Positions 55,681-64,000 of a DNA stretch of 64,000 bases are shown piece by piece; position 1 is the stretch's first letter, and each line of letters opens with the position of its first letter. The notes under the pieces were generated by a model. That model did not search any database. It had not been told where the DNA came from and saw nothing but the letters and a program-made list of their open reading frames with translations. This stretch comes from Thermodesulfovibrionia bacterium (GTDB taxonomy: Bacteria > Nitrospirota > Thermodesulfovibrionia > JACRGW01). The stretch spans positions 20,336 to 84,335 of the forward strand of contig CAKKSD010000032.1 of assembly GCA_919902995.1 (NCBI GenBank), written 5' to 3'. The translations under genes were made by a program, and so were the position numbers.

Positions 55681-55709
55681 CGCAAAGGAAAGGAGGGTTT
55701 CATTATCCT

Positions 55710-57257
55710 ATGGGAAAGATCAGAAGGGCACTCATAAGCGTTTCGAATAAAAAGGGAGTAATCGATTTCGCAAAGGAATTGAGTTCATTGGGTGTTGAGA
55801 TACTTTCAACCGGAGGGACAGCAAAATCACTCAAGGAATCAGGTATGTCTGTTAGAGATGTGAGTGATTATACAGGATTTCCGGAGATGCTCGAGGGAAG
55901 ACTTAAGACCCTTCACCCGAAGATACATGGTGGCATCCTTGCGAGGAGGAAAAATCCGAGGGATATGGATGAGATAAAGATGCATGAAATAGAACCGATA
56001 GATATGGTTGTCGTCAACCTCTATCCATTCGAGGAAACTATCTCGAAACCGGATGTTACATTCTCCGAGGCGATAGAGAATATAGATATTGGCGGGCCTA
56101 CAATGCTCCGCTCTGCCTCAAAGAATTTCGAGGACGTCGTAGTTGTCGTAGACCCCGATGACTACCCTAAGATTATTGAAGAGATGAAGAACTCAGACGG
56201 TGACCTGAGTTACAAGATAAGGCTCGAACTCGCAAAAAAGGTATTCAGACATACATCGAGATATGACACAATAATTGCAGACTATCTTGCAGTGGTAACA
56301 AAGGAAGAAAAACAATTGCCAGAGACATTAACAATGACCTTCAAAAGGGTCTCTCCCCTGAGATATGGTGAAAATCCTCATCAGGTAGCTGCATATTATA
56401 AAGAGAACTCCCCTGGCATATCACTCTCAGATGTAAAAATACTTCAGGGAAAAGAGATGTCCTTTAATAACTACCTTGATACCCATTCAGCCCTTATGCT
56501 TGTCCTTGAATTTGAAGATACTGCCTGTGCGATTATCAAACACAATAACCCCTGCGGTGTTGCTCTCGGTAAGACTATACGCGAGGCCTATACAAAGGCT
56601 GCAAAGACAGACCCAGTATCTGCCTTTGGAGGTGTTATCGCCTTTAACAGAGAGGTTGACGGAGGAGCAGCAGAGGAGATAACAAAACTTTTTGTTGAAG
56701 TTATAATCGCACCACGCTTTTCGAAAGATGCCCTTGATATATTCTCCAAGAAGCAGAACATAAGACTCCTCGAGATGCCTGATATGAAAAAACAGCTCGA
56801 TGGCTGGGATATAAAGAGGGTTGCCGGCGGTCTGCTCCTTCAGGACTGGGACACTAAGAAGGTCGCTATAAGAGGACTTGAGGCAGTAACAAAAAGAAAT
56901 CCTACAGAGGAAGAACTTCAAGGTCTATCATTTGCATGGAAGGTATGCAAGCATGTTAAATCGAATGCAATAGTATATGCATTCAAAGACAGGACTGCAG
57001 GTATAGGTATCGGGCAGACAAGCAGGGTCTATTCTGCAAGGACTGGTGCAGTAAATGCCCTTGAGCCATTAAAGGGTTCTGTTGTTGCATCTGACGGATT
57101 CTTCCCTTTCAGGGATGGGATAGATGAACTCCATAAGGTCGGCGTTACAGCGATCGTACAGCCAGGTGGTGCAATGCACGATAAAGAGGTCATCGCTGCT
57201 GCTGATGAACACAATATGGCGATGATAATAACAGGCGTCAGGCACTTCAGACACTAA
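55710..57257 (+). CDS. purH: Bifunctional AICAR transformylase / IMP cyclohydrolase PurH
   Basis: [17 protein letters not shown] ... MGS-like N-domain and AICARFT C-domain. True ATG at 55710 with RBS aaggaaaggaggg; the ORF-track start at 55593 reads through the repeat. Confidence 0.9.
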   Translation: MGKIRRALISVSNKKGVIDFAKELSSLGVEILSTGGTAKSLKESGMSVRDVSDYTGFPEMLEGRLKTLHPKIHGGILARRKNPRDMDEIKMHEIEPIDMVVVNLYPFEETISKPDVTFSEAIENIDIGGPTMLRSASKNFEDVVVVVDPDDYPKIIEEMKNSDGDLSYKIRLELAKKVFRHTSRYDTIIADYLAVVTKEEKQLPETLTMTFKRVSPLRYGENPHQVAAYYKENSPGISLSDVKILQGKEMSFNNYLDTHSALMLVLEFEDTACAIIKHNNPCGVALGKTIREAYTKAAKTDPVSAFGGVIAFNREVDGGAAEEITKLFVEVIIAPRFSKDALDIFSKKQNIRLLEMPDMKKQLDGWDIKRVAGGLLLQDWDTKKVAIRGLEAVTKRNPTEEELQGLSFAWKVCKHVKSNAIVYAFKDRTAGIGIGQTSRVYSARTGAVNALEPLKGSVVASDGFFPFRDGIDELHKVGVTAIVQPGGAMHDKEVIAAADEHNMAMIITGVRHFRH

Positions 57258-57259
57258 CA

Positions 57260-57306
57260 CCATTTTAAATTTATCATTTAGCATTGCAAATTTTAAATTT
57301 AACCTG
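57260..57306. repeat. AT-rich repeat family D copy
   Basis: cattttaaatttatcatttagcattgcaaattttaaattt. Confidence 0.6.
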
Positions 57307-57420
57307 AATCCTGAGTTAAATAGCCGAGGCATCTTGGCATGGTCACGACCCGTAGAGATGTCAGGTCTACGACTCATTGAGCAGGGTGCCTGTCCTATTT
57401 TCTTACAATTTCAGAACAAC

Positions 57421-57470
57421 TCATTTTAAAATTAGCATTTAGCATTGCAAATTTTGAATTTGAAATGTAA
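57421..57470. repeat. AT-rich repeat family D copy immediately upstream of the four-helix-bundle gene
   Basis: tcattttaaaattagcatttagcattgcaaattttgaatttgaaatg. Confidence 0.6.
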
Positions 57471-57472
57471 AT

Positions 57473-57838
57473 ATGGAAATTAACAAAAGAGATGAATTAG
57501 TAGAGCGTTTGCTTAATTTCACAGTAAGAATTATTAAACTGTTTAATGCATTACCGAAAACAGATGTTGGGAAACACCTTAAAGGACAACTCCTAAGATC
57601 AGGAACTTCGCCTGGAGCTAATTATGAAGAGGCCTGTGGGGCTGAATCGAGGGCAGATTTTATTCATAAATTGGGAATTGTGCTCAAGGAACTTAAGGAA
57701 TCTCGTTACTGGCTGCGTGTTATCAGCTATTCTGATATGTTGACCCCTAAACAGATAGATTCGCTTATTTACGAATGTGAGGAATTGTGCGCCATTATCG
57801 CTAAAAGTATTCTTACAGCAAGGAAAAATAAATTATAA
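57473..57838 (+). CDS. Four-helix-bundle protein (23S rRNA intervening-sequence protein / Avd-like family)
   Basis: 121 aa, helical; GANYEEACGAESRADFIHKLGIVLKELKESRYWL matches the family pattern. Confidence 0.7.
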   Translation: MEINKRDELVERLLNFTVRIIKLFNALPKTDVGKHLKGQLLRSGTSPGANYEEACGAESRADFIHKLGIVLKELKESRYWLRVISYSDMLTPKQIDSLIYECEELCAIIAKSILTARKNKL

Positions 57839-57870
57839 ATGCTAATTGCTAATTTTACAATTTAAAATGA
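57838..57870. repeat. AT-rich repeat family D copy immediately downstream of the four-helix-bundle gene
   Basis: aatgctaattgctaattttacaatttaaaatg. Confidence 0.6.
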
Positions 57871-57877
57871 TAACATC

Positions 57878-59164
57878 ATGAAAGTCTTGGTCATCGGAAA
57901 CGGCGGTCGTGAGCATGCCCTATGCTGGAAGATAAGACAGAGCCAGAAGGTTCGTAAGATCTTCTGTGCACCTGGAAATGCAGGGATTTCAAGGATTGCA
58001 GAATGTATTAATATCAAGGCGGATAGCCTTGAAGACCTTATTGAGTTCGCAAGATATGAGAGTATCGACCTCACAGTTGTAGGACCTGAGGCGCCATTAA
58101 CATCAGGTATCGTTGACCTCTTTCAGAAAGAGGGCCTCAAGGTATTCGGTCCTGCCCAGTCTGCTGCAGAACTTGAAGGGAGCAAGGCCTTTGCAAAGAA
58201 CCTGATGCGAAAATATGGTATCCCTACAGCTGAATATAAGACCTTTTCTTCATTCCTCGAGGCAGAGAATTATATAAGACTTAAAGGTGCCCCTATTGTT
58301 GTTAAGGCAGATGGACTTGCAGCAGGCAAGGGGGTGATAATTGCTGAAACAGTCCAGGATGCTATAGATGCAGTAAGGATGATGATGAAAGATAAGATCT
58401 TCGGATCAGCAGGGAAGAAAGTAGTAATCGAGGAGTGCCTTAAAGGAGAGGAGGCATCATTCCTCGCATTCACAGACGGAGAGACCGTAATCCCTATGGC
58501 ATCTGCCCAGGATCATAAAAGAATTTTCGATGGTGATAAAGGTCCTAATACTGGAGGCATGGGTGCTTACTCCCCTGCACCTGTTGTTACAGAAGACCTG
58601 GAAAGAAAGATCATGGATAGGGTTATGATCCCCACAGTAAGGGCTATGAAGGCAGATGGAAGGAAATATAAGGGCGTCCTTTATGCAGGACTTATGATAG
58701 ATAAGGGTGAGCCGAAGGTCCTTGAGTTTAATGTCAGATTCGGAGACCCTGAGACCCAACCTATCCTTATGAGACTCGATAACGATATAATAGATATCTT
58801 CAATGCCGTTATTGAAGGGGAACTTAGAGGGAAGGAATTAAGATGGAAGAAGGATGCCTCTGTATGCGTCGTTCTCGCATCTGATGGGTATCCGGGATCT
58901 TACAGAAAGGGCGAGGTTATCACAGGTCTTGAAGAGGCGGAGGCAATGGATGGTGTTGTAGTCTTCCATGCAGGTACAACTCTGGAAAACGGAAATATTT
59001 TAACAGACGGCGGAAGGGTACTCGGAGTTACCGGTCTTGACAAGGATATTAAGTCTGCTATCGCTAAGGCCTATAGCGCAGTCAATAAGATCCACTTCAA
59101 CGGGATGCAGTATAGAAGGGATATAGGGTTAAGGGCGATTGAAAGATCAAGTTCTAAGTATTAA
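57878..59164 (+). CDS. purD: Phosphoribosylamine--glycine ligase PurD
   Basis: MKVLVIGNGGREHAL, ATP-grasp domain, 428 aa. Confidence 0.95.
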   Translation: MKVLVIGNGGREHALCWKIRQSQKVRKIFCAPGNAGISRIAECINIKADSLEDLIEFARYESIDLTVVGPEAPLTSGIVDLFQKEGLKVFGPAQSAAELEGSKAFAKNLMRKYGIPTAEYKTFSSFLEAENYIRLKGAPIVVKADGLAAGKGVIIAETVQDAIDAVRMMMKDKIFGSAGKKVVIEECLKGEEASFLAFTDGETVIPMASAQDHKRIFDGDKGPNTGGMGAYSPAPVVTEDLERKIMDRVMIPTVRAMKADGRKYKGVLYAGLMIDKGEPKVLEFNVRFGDPETQPILMRLDNDIIDIFNAVIEGELRGKELRWKKDASVCVVLASDGYPGSYRKGEVITGLEEAEAMDGVVVFHAGTTLENGNILTDGGRVLGVTGLDKDIKSAIAKAYSAVNKIHFNGMQYRRDIGLRAIERSSSKY

Positions 59165-59230
59165 GTCCTATACTCAGAATAATAACATTAAAGCCTTTTG
59201 TGAATAAATAAATTTGTTTAGGAATTAATC

Positions 59231-59848
59231 TTGAAGATATTAAAAACCGAAGATGATACAGATGAAGTCTTATTACAGGCAGTAAAGGTCCTTAAGTCTG
59301 GCGGGATCATCGCCTATCCTACAGAGACCTTCTATGCACTCGGCGTGAACGCGATGGATGAAGGAGCATTGAAAAGACTTTATAAACTAAAAGGCAGGCC
59401 TTTTAAAAAACCCCTACCTGTAATCGTAGGGGATATAAAGGGATTAAAGAGGCTGATTAAAAAACTTCCCCCTCATGCACAGAGACTTATAAAGAAATTC
59501 TGGCCTGGACCACTTACGATAATATTTGAGGCTTCATTTGATATCCCTGAGCTTCTTACAGCAAAGACAGGAAAGATCGCTATCAGGATTCCTCGAGAAG
59601 AGATAGCCCTTAGATTGGCTAAGAAGGCAGGGTTCCCTGTAACATCCACAAGTGCAAACCCCACAGGAAAACGACCTGCAATCGAACCCGAAAAGGTGAT
59701 ACACTATTTTAGTGAAAAAATAGATCTCCTGTTTGATGGAGGCAGAACTCCTGGAGGCAAACCTTCAACAATAGTGGATGTAACAGGTAATATAAGGATC
59801 ATTAGAAAAGGAGTTATCCCTTCACGGGCCATCCTTGACTTAGATTAA
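59231..59848 (+). CDS. tsaC: L-threonylcarbamoyladenylate synthase (YrdC/TsaC family)
   Basis: GGIIAYPTETFYALG, KGRPFKKPLPV, FWPGPLT, TSANPTG. Confidence 0.8.
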   Translation: MKILKTEDDTDEVLLQAVKVLKSGGIIAYPTETFYALGVNAMDEGALKRLYKLKGRPFKKPLPVIVGDIKGLKRLIKKLPPHAQRLIKKFWPGPLTIIFEASFDIPELLTAKTGKIAIRIPREEIALRLAKKAGFPVTSTSANPTGKRPAIEPEKVIHYFSEKIDLLFDGGRTPGGKPSTIVDVTGNIRIIRKGVIPSRAILDLD

Positions 59849-59876
59849 AGATTTATGTTATTAGATTAGTCTTATT

Positions 59877-61439
59877 TTGGACAAAAATGTGAAAGAAGAT
59901 ATACTCACAAAGGGAACAAATGCTATCTGGAAGTTTTTCTCATCCGTCACCCTCACGGTCATAATCCTTATACTTTTTGTTTTGGTATCGATCCCAGGAA
60001 CAATCATAGAGCAGGGTTCAACAGAGAAGAATTTGCAGTTATTGATAAAGGTAGTAGGTGAGGAATTTGCACCAAAGGCACTGAAAATCATAATAAGTCT
60101 CGGATTCCTCGATGCATACCATTCATGGTGGTTTATTATTCTTCTGCTCCTTCTTACATTTAATCTTACAATATGCACAATTGACAGGTTTCCAACAACA
60201 TGGAAGATAGTAAAGACCCCGATGGGTCCCCTTGATGATTCTTTTCTAATTAATATGCCTATAAGAGCGGAGATAAAGGTTAAGGGTAATCTGGAAAAAG
60301 CAAAAGAACTGGTATCGAAGGCTCTAAAGGGTCACGGATATAATCTCTCTGAAAAGAGAATCGATAAGACACTCCACCTTTATTCCCAGAAGGGAAAGCA
60401 TAGCAGGCTCGGTGTCTATGTAGTACATACAAGCATTATACTTGTTCTGACCGGTGCAGTTATAGGTGCGCTTTTTGGATTCAAGGGGTTTTTGAACCTT
60501 CCTGAAGGAGAAGCTTATTCTGCTGTTATCATGAAAACAGGATTACTGACACAGGACGAAGAGAATGAAAGAGATCGCCTGTTAAACACGATAGAGTCTG
60601 TATCTGGTGATATTGTAAAGACATCACAGGTTTTAGGTATCGAGCCAGCAACCCTTCAATCCAAACTTAAGAGATATGGAATCAGACCACTTGGATTCAG
60701 TATACGATGTGATGACTTTGAGGTAGATTTCTATGGAAATTCTGATATGCCAAAGGAATACAAAAGCTGGCTTACTGTGATGAAGGATGGGAAAGAGGTG
60801 CTAAGGAAATCTATAGAGGTTAACAATCCTTTGACTTACAAAGGAATCACCTTCTACCAGTCAAGCTATGGGCTCATGCCGAATCTCAGGAATGCAAAAT
60901 TTGTTCTTAACATAAAATCAAACTCAGGTGTTTCTGAGACGAAATATTTTAACTTCGGGGATAAATTTGCTATCCCGGGGACAGGCATTGAAGGTATTAT
61001 CAGTGACTTTAGCCCTGCCCTGAGTATAGACGAAAACGGCAGGGTCTTTACATATGCAGAGACGATGAATAACCCGGCAGTTTTGATTGAATTTAAAGAA
61101 AAAGGAAAGTATAAGTATTCAGGCTGGATCCTTAAGAGATATCCTACTACATGGCAGCTTCCTGAGGGGCATACTGTCGAGTTCAAAGACCTCTGGGGTG
61201 CCCAGTATACAGGACTACAGGTAGGAAAAGACCCTGGATTATGGCTTGTATATATAGGTTTTGCCCTTATGAGTGTTGGATTTATATTCACCTTTTTCAG
61301 GTCACATAAAAAAATATGGGCGAGGTTGAAGGAAGAAAGGGGAGAGGTTATTATAACACTGGCAGCTACTGTGAATAAAAACAGGATCGCTTTCGAGAGG
61401 GAGTTTGAAAGGAGAGTAAAATCAATAAAGGGGGGTTGA
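59877..61439 (+). CDS. ccsB: Cytochrome c biogenesis protein ResB/CcsB (system II)
   Basis: 520 aa, N-terminal TM then large periplasmic domain and C-terminal TM; upstream of ccsA. Start codon uncertain (TTG 59877 or GTG 59889). Confidence 0.75.
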   Translation: MDKNVKEDILTKGTNAIWKFFSSVTLTVIILILFVLVSIPGTIIEQGSTEKNLQLLIKVVGEEFAPKALKIIISLGFLDAYHSWWFIILLLLLTFNLTICTIDRFPTTWKIVKTPMGPLDDSFLINMPIRAEIKVKGNLEKAKELVSKALKGHGYNLSEKRIDKTLHLYSQKGKHSRLGVYVVHTSIILVLTGAVIGALFGFKGFLNLPEGEAYSAVIMKTGLLTQDEENERDRLLNTIESVSGDIVKTSQVLGIEPATLQSKLKRYGIRPLGFSIRCDDFEVDFYGNSDMPKEYKSWLTVMKDGKEVLRKSIEVNNPLTYKGITFYQSSYGLMPNLRNAKFVLNIKSNSGVSETKYFNFGDKFAIPGTGIEGIISDFSPALSIDENGRVFTYAETMNNPAVLIEFKEKGKYKYSGWILKRYPTTWQLPEGHTVEFKDLWGAQYTGLQVGKDPGLWLVYIGFALMSVGFIFTFFRSHKKIWARLKEERGEVIITLAATVNKNRIAFEREFERRVKSIKGG

Positions 61440-61458
61440 GATTTACTAAGGAGGGATT

Positions 61459-62565
61459 ATGACAAGTTCTATCTTTTTCAGTCTATCTGAGCTTGCTTAT
61501 ATGATGGCTATGGTAGCCTATATAACCTATCTGGTTTTAAAGCGGAAAGGAATAGGTATCGCTGCCACTGGAATAACGATTTTTGGTTTCTCTGCACAGA
61601 CCCTTGCAATAATACAGAGATGGATAGATTCATATTCAATAAAGATAGTCTATGAGGTAGACCTCTTTTCCAAGCTCCTCCATAGTGCCCCTTTCTCTAA
61701 TCTCTATGAGTCCCTGATACTGTTCGTCTGGACTATGATCCTCTTTTATCTAATAATTGAATTCAGATATAAAAACCGTTCCTTTGGTGCCTTTGTTACA
61801 CCCATAGCAGGTCTCGCCTTGCTTTTCACAAACCTCACAGGCATGTCGAAGGAAATCCAGCCTCTGATGCCTGCACTCCAGAGTAACTGGCTTATAGCCC
61901 ATGTGATCCTGAGCTTTATAGCATACGGTACCTTTGCATTATCCTTCTCTACCGCAATCATGTATCTTATCATTACCACTGAGAAAAGAGATGAGGGCTT
62001 TTATATATTCTGGACATTATCTGTTGGGTTATTCCTGATAGTCCTTATCGCAATGGCTTTAGATTTCATGACCTTCAGGATTGCCTTCAGTACTCCAGAG
62101 TCGTTTATAAAAAGCTACCTATTCAGGGCTACATTCCTGAATCAATCAAAAGGGATCGCTGCCTTTAGCTATATAGTAGCCTCCGGCATCCTTTTCGTCC
62201 TATGGAGGTTTGGATACCTTATTAAAAAGGAACTCCTTTCCTTCTCTATCTCAACAGAAGTCCTCGACGATATAACATATAAGAGTATATCTATAGGTTT
62301 CCCGATCTTCGGCCTTGGAGGGATTATATTCGGTGGTGTATGGGCATCCCAGGCATGGGGAACCTACTGGAGCTGGGACCCTAAGGAGACATGGTCTCTT
62401 ATCACATGGCTTGTCTATGCCATCTATCTCCATGCAAGGTTTATGAAGGGATGGAGGGGTAAGAAGGTTGTTGTCCTCGCAGCTATAGGATTCTTCACGG
62501 TAATCTTCACATATCTTGGTGTTAATCTCCTTCTATCAGGACTCCACGCCTACGGGGAACTGTAA
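61459..62565 (+). CDS. ccsA: Cytochrome c-type biogenesis protein CcsA/ResC (haem exporter, WWD domain)
   Basis: W-rich motif WGTYWSWDPKETWSLITWLVYAIYLHAR. Confidence 0.85.
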   Translation: MTSSIFFSLSELAYMMAMVAYITYLVLKRKGIGIAATGITIFGFSAQTLAIIQRWIDSYSIKIVYEVDLFSKLLHSAPFSNLYESLILFVWTMILFYLIIEFRYKNRSFGAFVTPIAGLALLFTNLTGMSKEIQPLMPALQSNWLIAHVILSFIAYGTFALSFSTAIMYLIITTEKRDEGFYIFWTLSVGLFLIVLIAMALDFMTFRIAFSTPESFIKSYLFRATFLNQSKGIAAFSYIVASGILFVLWRFGYLIKKELLSFSISTEVLDDITYKSISIGFPIFGLGGIIFGGVWASQAWGTYWSWDPKETWSLITWLVYAIYLHARFMKGWRGKKVVVLAAIGFFTVIFTYLGVNLLLSGLHAYGEL

Positions 62566-62566
62566 G

Positions 62567-62610
62567 GCGTCAATTATATATTGAACGCCTTTCAGATCTA
62601 TTTTCTATCT
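62567..62610 (+). terminator. Candidate rho-independent terminator after ccsA
   Basis: aggcgtcaat-tatat-attgaacgcct (9-bp stem with one bulge), followed by ttcagatctatttt. Confidence 0.35.
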
Positions 62611-62636
62611 TTACAAATAACAAAAGGGATGATATA

Positions 62637-63101
62637 TTGAAAATTAGAATAAGGTATATCCTCCTCGGAGGGTTACTTTTAGCTTTATCGTTCTTTCTCA
62701 TCAAATTTGTCTTCGTCTCAGAGGAAAAGAAGATTTCCAGAGTAATAGAGGCCGGAGAGAAGGCCCTGGAGGCAAAAGACCTCGACGGATGCATGAAGAG
62801 GCTCTCATATAATTACTCTGACGAATATGGTCTGAGTTACCTGCAGGTAAAAAAGTTCCTTGAGAGGTTCTTCCATGAATTTCAGAAAATTGATATCGAA
62901 AAGGAAATCCTGAATATTGAAGTAAAGGAGAAGGATGCCAGGGTCTCTATGAATCTGATTATTGTAGTTACCCTGCAGGAACAGACAGGTTATTTTTTAG
63001 GGACTCATGCGAAGCCCGAACTTATAAAAATAGATCTCGAAAAGGTAAGAACAAATTGGCTTGTCAAAAAGGTCGAATGGCCAAAAAAGGTTTTTTATTA
63101 A
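62637..63101 (+). CDS. Hypothetical membrane-anchored protein
   Basis: N-terminal TM, then soluble 120-aa domain with no recognisable motifs. Confidence 0.4.
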   Translation: MKIRIRYILLGGLLLALSFFLIKFVFVSEEKKISRVIEAGEKALEAKDLDGCMKRLSYNYSDEYGLSYLQVKKFLERFFHEFQKIDIEKEILNIEVKEKDARVSMNLIIVVTLQEQTGYFLGTHAKPELIKIDLEKVRTNWLVKKVEWPKKVFY

Positions 63102-63122
63102 CACAATCCTTTACCCAATCTG

Positions 63123-63200
63123 TCATTGCGAGCACCCGAAGGGTGCGTGGCAATCCCTTAAAGAATGAGATTGCTTCGGATTCGCCTCGCAATGTCAACT
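63123..63200. repeat. Family B palindromic repeat variant
   Basis: gtcattgcgagcacccgaagggtgcgtggcaatc ... gagattgcttcggattcgcctcgcaatgtcaac. Confidence 0.6.
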
Positions 63201-63242
63201 TTCTATCGGCATTTATGGTCATAGTGAGGGGGGTGATTTATC

Positions 63243-63551
63243 ATGTTAGTCGAATTCAGTATTGTTCCGGTAGGAACAGGAAGCAGTAGCATAGGGGACC
63301 ATCTTGTAGATATTCTTAATATAGTTGATAAGAGCGGCCTTCCTTATAAGGCGAACCCTATGGGTACGGTTATCGAGGGGAGTTGGGATTCTGTTTTTGG
63401 TCTAATAAAAAGGTGTCATACAAAGATAATGAAGGATGCCAATAGGGCGGTCACAACTATTACGATAGATGACAGAAAAGGAAAACCTAACAGGATTAAT
63501 AAGAAAGTTGAGTCTATCGAGAGAAGGCTCGGAAGGACTCTTAAGAAATAA
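63243..63551 (+). CDS. MTH1187/YkoF family (thiamine-binding-like, DUF77) protein
   Basis: MLVEFSIVPVGTGSSSIGDHL ... NPMGTVIEG pattern typical of the MTH1187 family. Confidence 0.65.
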   Translation: MLVEFSIVPVGTGSSSIGDHLVDILNIVDKSGLPYKANPMGTVIEGSWDSVFGLIKRCHTKIMKDANRAVTTITIDDRKGKPNRINKKVESIERRLGRTLKK

Positions 63552-63565
63552 TAACCAATCATTTC

Positions 63566-63760
63566 GTCATTCCGCACTTGCCTGCCCTTGAAGTTATTAA
63601 TTGGGGGATGCGGAATCCAGATGTTTTGTCACCCTGAACTTGATTCTCTATGAGTCGTAGACAGGGTCTCATGAGATGCCGAAACAAGTTCGGCATGACA
63701 GAAAAACTGGTTTCCTGCTGGAGTTTATCCCGTACTTGTTACGGGGCAGGAATGACATGG
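63566..63760. repeat. Cluster of three REP-like elements (gtcattccgcacttg..ggatgcggaatccag; gtcaccctgaac..gttcggcatgac; ctggtttcctgc..ggggcaggaatgacat)
   Basis: Families A and C are adjacent, as at 5975-6148 and 34470-34610. Confidence 0.7.
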
Positions 63761-63800
63761 CGATTTGACTTTTTATTAAATATCAGAACGGGAGGAAACA

Positions 63801-64000
63801 ATGGCTAAAGGCAAGATTACACTCAGTGTTATTAAGGCAGACGTAGGAGGTTATGTCGGACATTCGAGTATGCACCCGAGACTTATCGAGCAGGCAGATG
63901 AAAAGCTTTCAGGTTCGAAGGAGAAAGGTTTACTTATAGATTTTCATGTAACCCGGTGCGGCGATGACCTTGAACTCATAATGACCCATACGCATGGTGT
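63801..64000 (+). CDS. fbp: Fructose-1,6-bisphosphate aldolase/phosphatase (class V, archaeal type), N-terminal part
   Basis: MAKGKITLSVIKADVGGYVGHSSMHP matches the bifunctional FBP aldolase/phosphatase N-terminus. RBS ggagg. Runs off the window. Confidence 0.8.
   Translation, partial: MAKGKITLSVIKADVGGYVGHSSMHPRLIEQADEKLSGSKEKGLLIDFHVTRCGDDLELIMTHTHG

Noticed and set aside
55593-55709. ORF-track N-terminal extension of purH ([23 protein letters not shown]...)
   Set aside because: The extension is translated from the REP-like hairpin and duplicated leader. The canonical PurH N-terminus [16 protein letters not shown] starts at 55710 with a strong RBS.
57069-57377. 102-aa minus-strand ORF across the purH 3' end and the AT-rich repeat
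   Set aside because: It overlaps a well-supported gene and a repeat, with no RBS.
62570-62794. 74-aa minus-strand ORF
   Set aside because: It overlaps the candidate ccsA terminator and the start of the 62637 gene, and is low complexity.

Overview
This 64 kb window reads as chromosomal DNA from a low-GC anaerobe rich in c-type cytochromes and chemosensory genes; I cannot place the taxon from sequence alone.

Housekeeping blocks: sfsA (partial), hisH, tmRNA with smpB, rtcA, ribF, mtgA, tRNA-Leu, the mreBCD-mrdA-rodA cell-shape operon, rng, tpiA-secG, purH, purD, tsaC, resB-ccsA and the start of an archaeal-type FBP aldolase/phosphatase.

More accessory-looking content:
- A 5-heme periplasmic cytochrome c gene split by one in-frame TGA. 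It is followed by a methyl-accepting chemotaxis protein (MCP) carrying two CXXCH haem motifs, then a hemerythrin-like gene.
- An MgtE-type cytosolic sensor protein (MgtE N-domain plus CBS pair, no pore) translationally coupled to an NRAMP permease whose metal-site motifs are altered, DPGN to DAGG and MPH to TPW. This suggests an NRAMP-related Mg2+ transporter.
- A DUF47-PiT phosphate transporter pair.
- Two TauE/DUF1634 loci with universal stress protein (USP) genes.
- A sigma-54 two-component system.
- A 14 kb chemosensory cluster on the minus strand: cheA, an ExeA-like AAA ATPase, an extended CheW, an MCP fused to a C-terminal PhnD-like binding domain, a second MCP, cheW, a HEAT-repeat protein, cheR, cheB, a GAF/coiled-coil protein and cheY.

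Intergenic space is heavily populated by at least four families of short hairpin repeats. The most striking is a REP/BIME-like superfamily with conserved GTCA..TC(CAG) flanks and covarying stems. Copies overlap the hisH 3' end and sit upstream of purH. A 28-bp perfect inverted repeat lies in frame within the linker of a fused radical-SAM/DUF2344 gene. An Avd-like four-helix-bundle gene is bracketed by AT-rich palindromic repeats.

No CRISPR array, integrase or transposase was seen.
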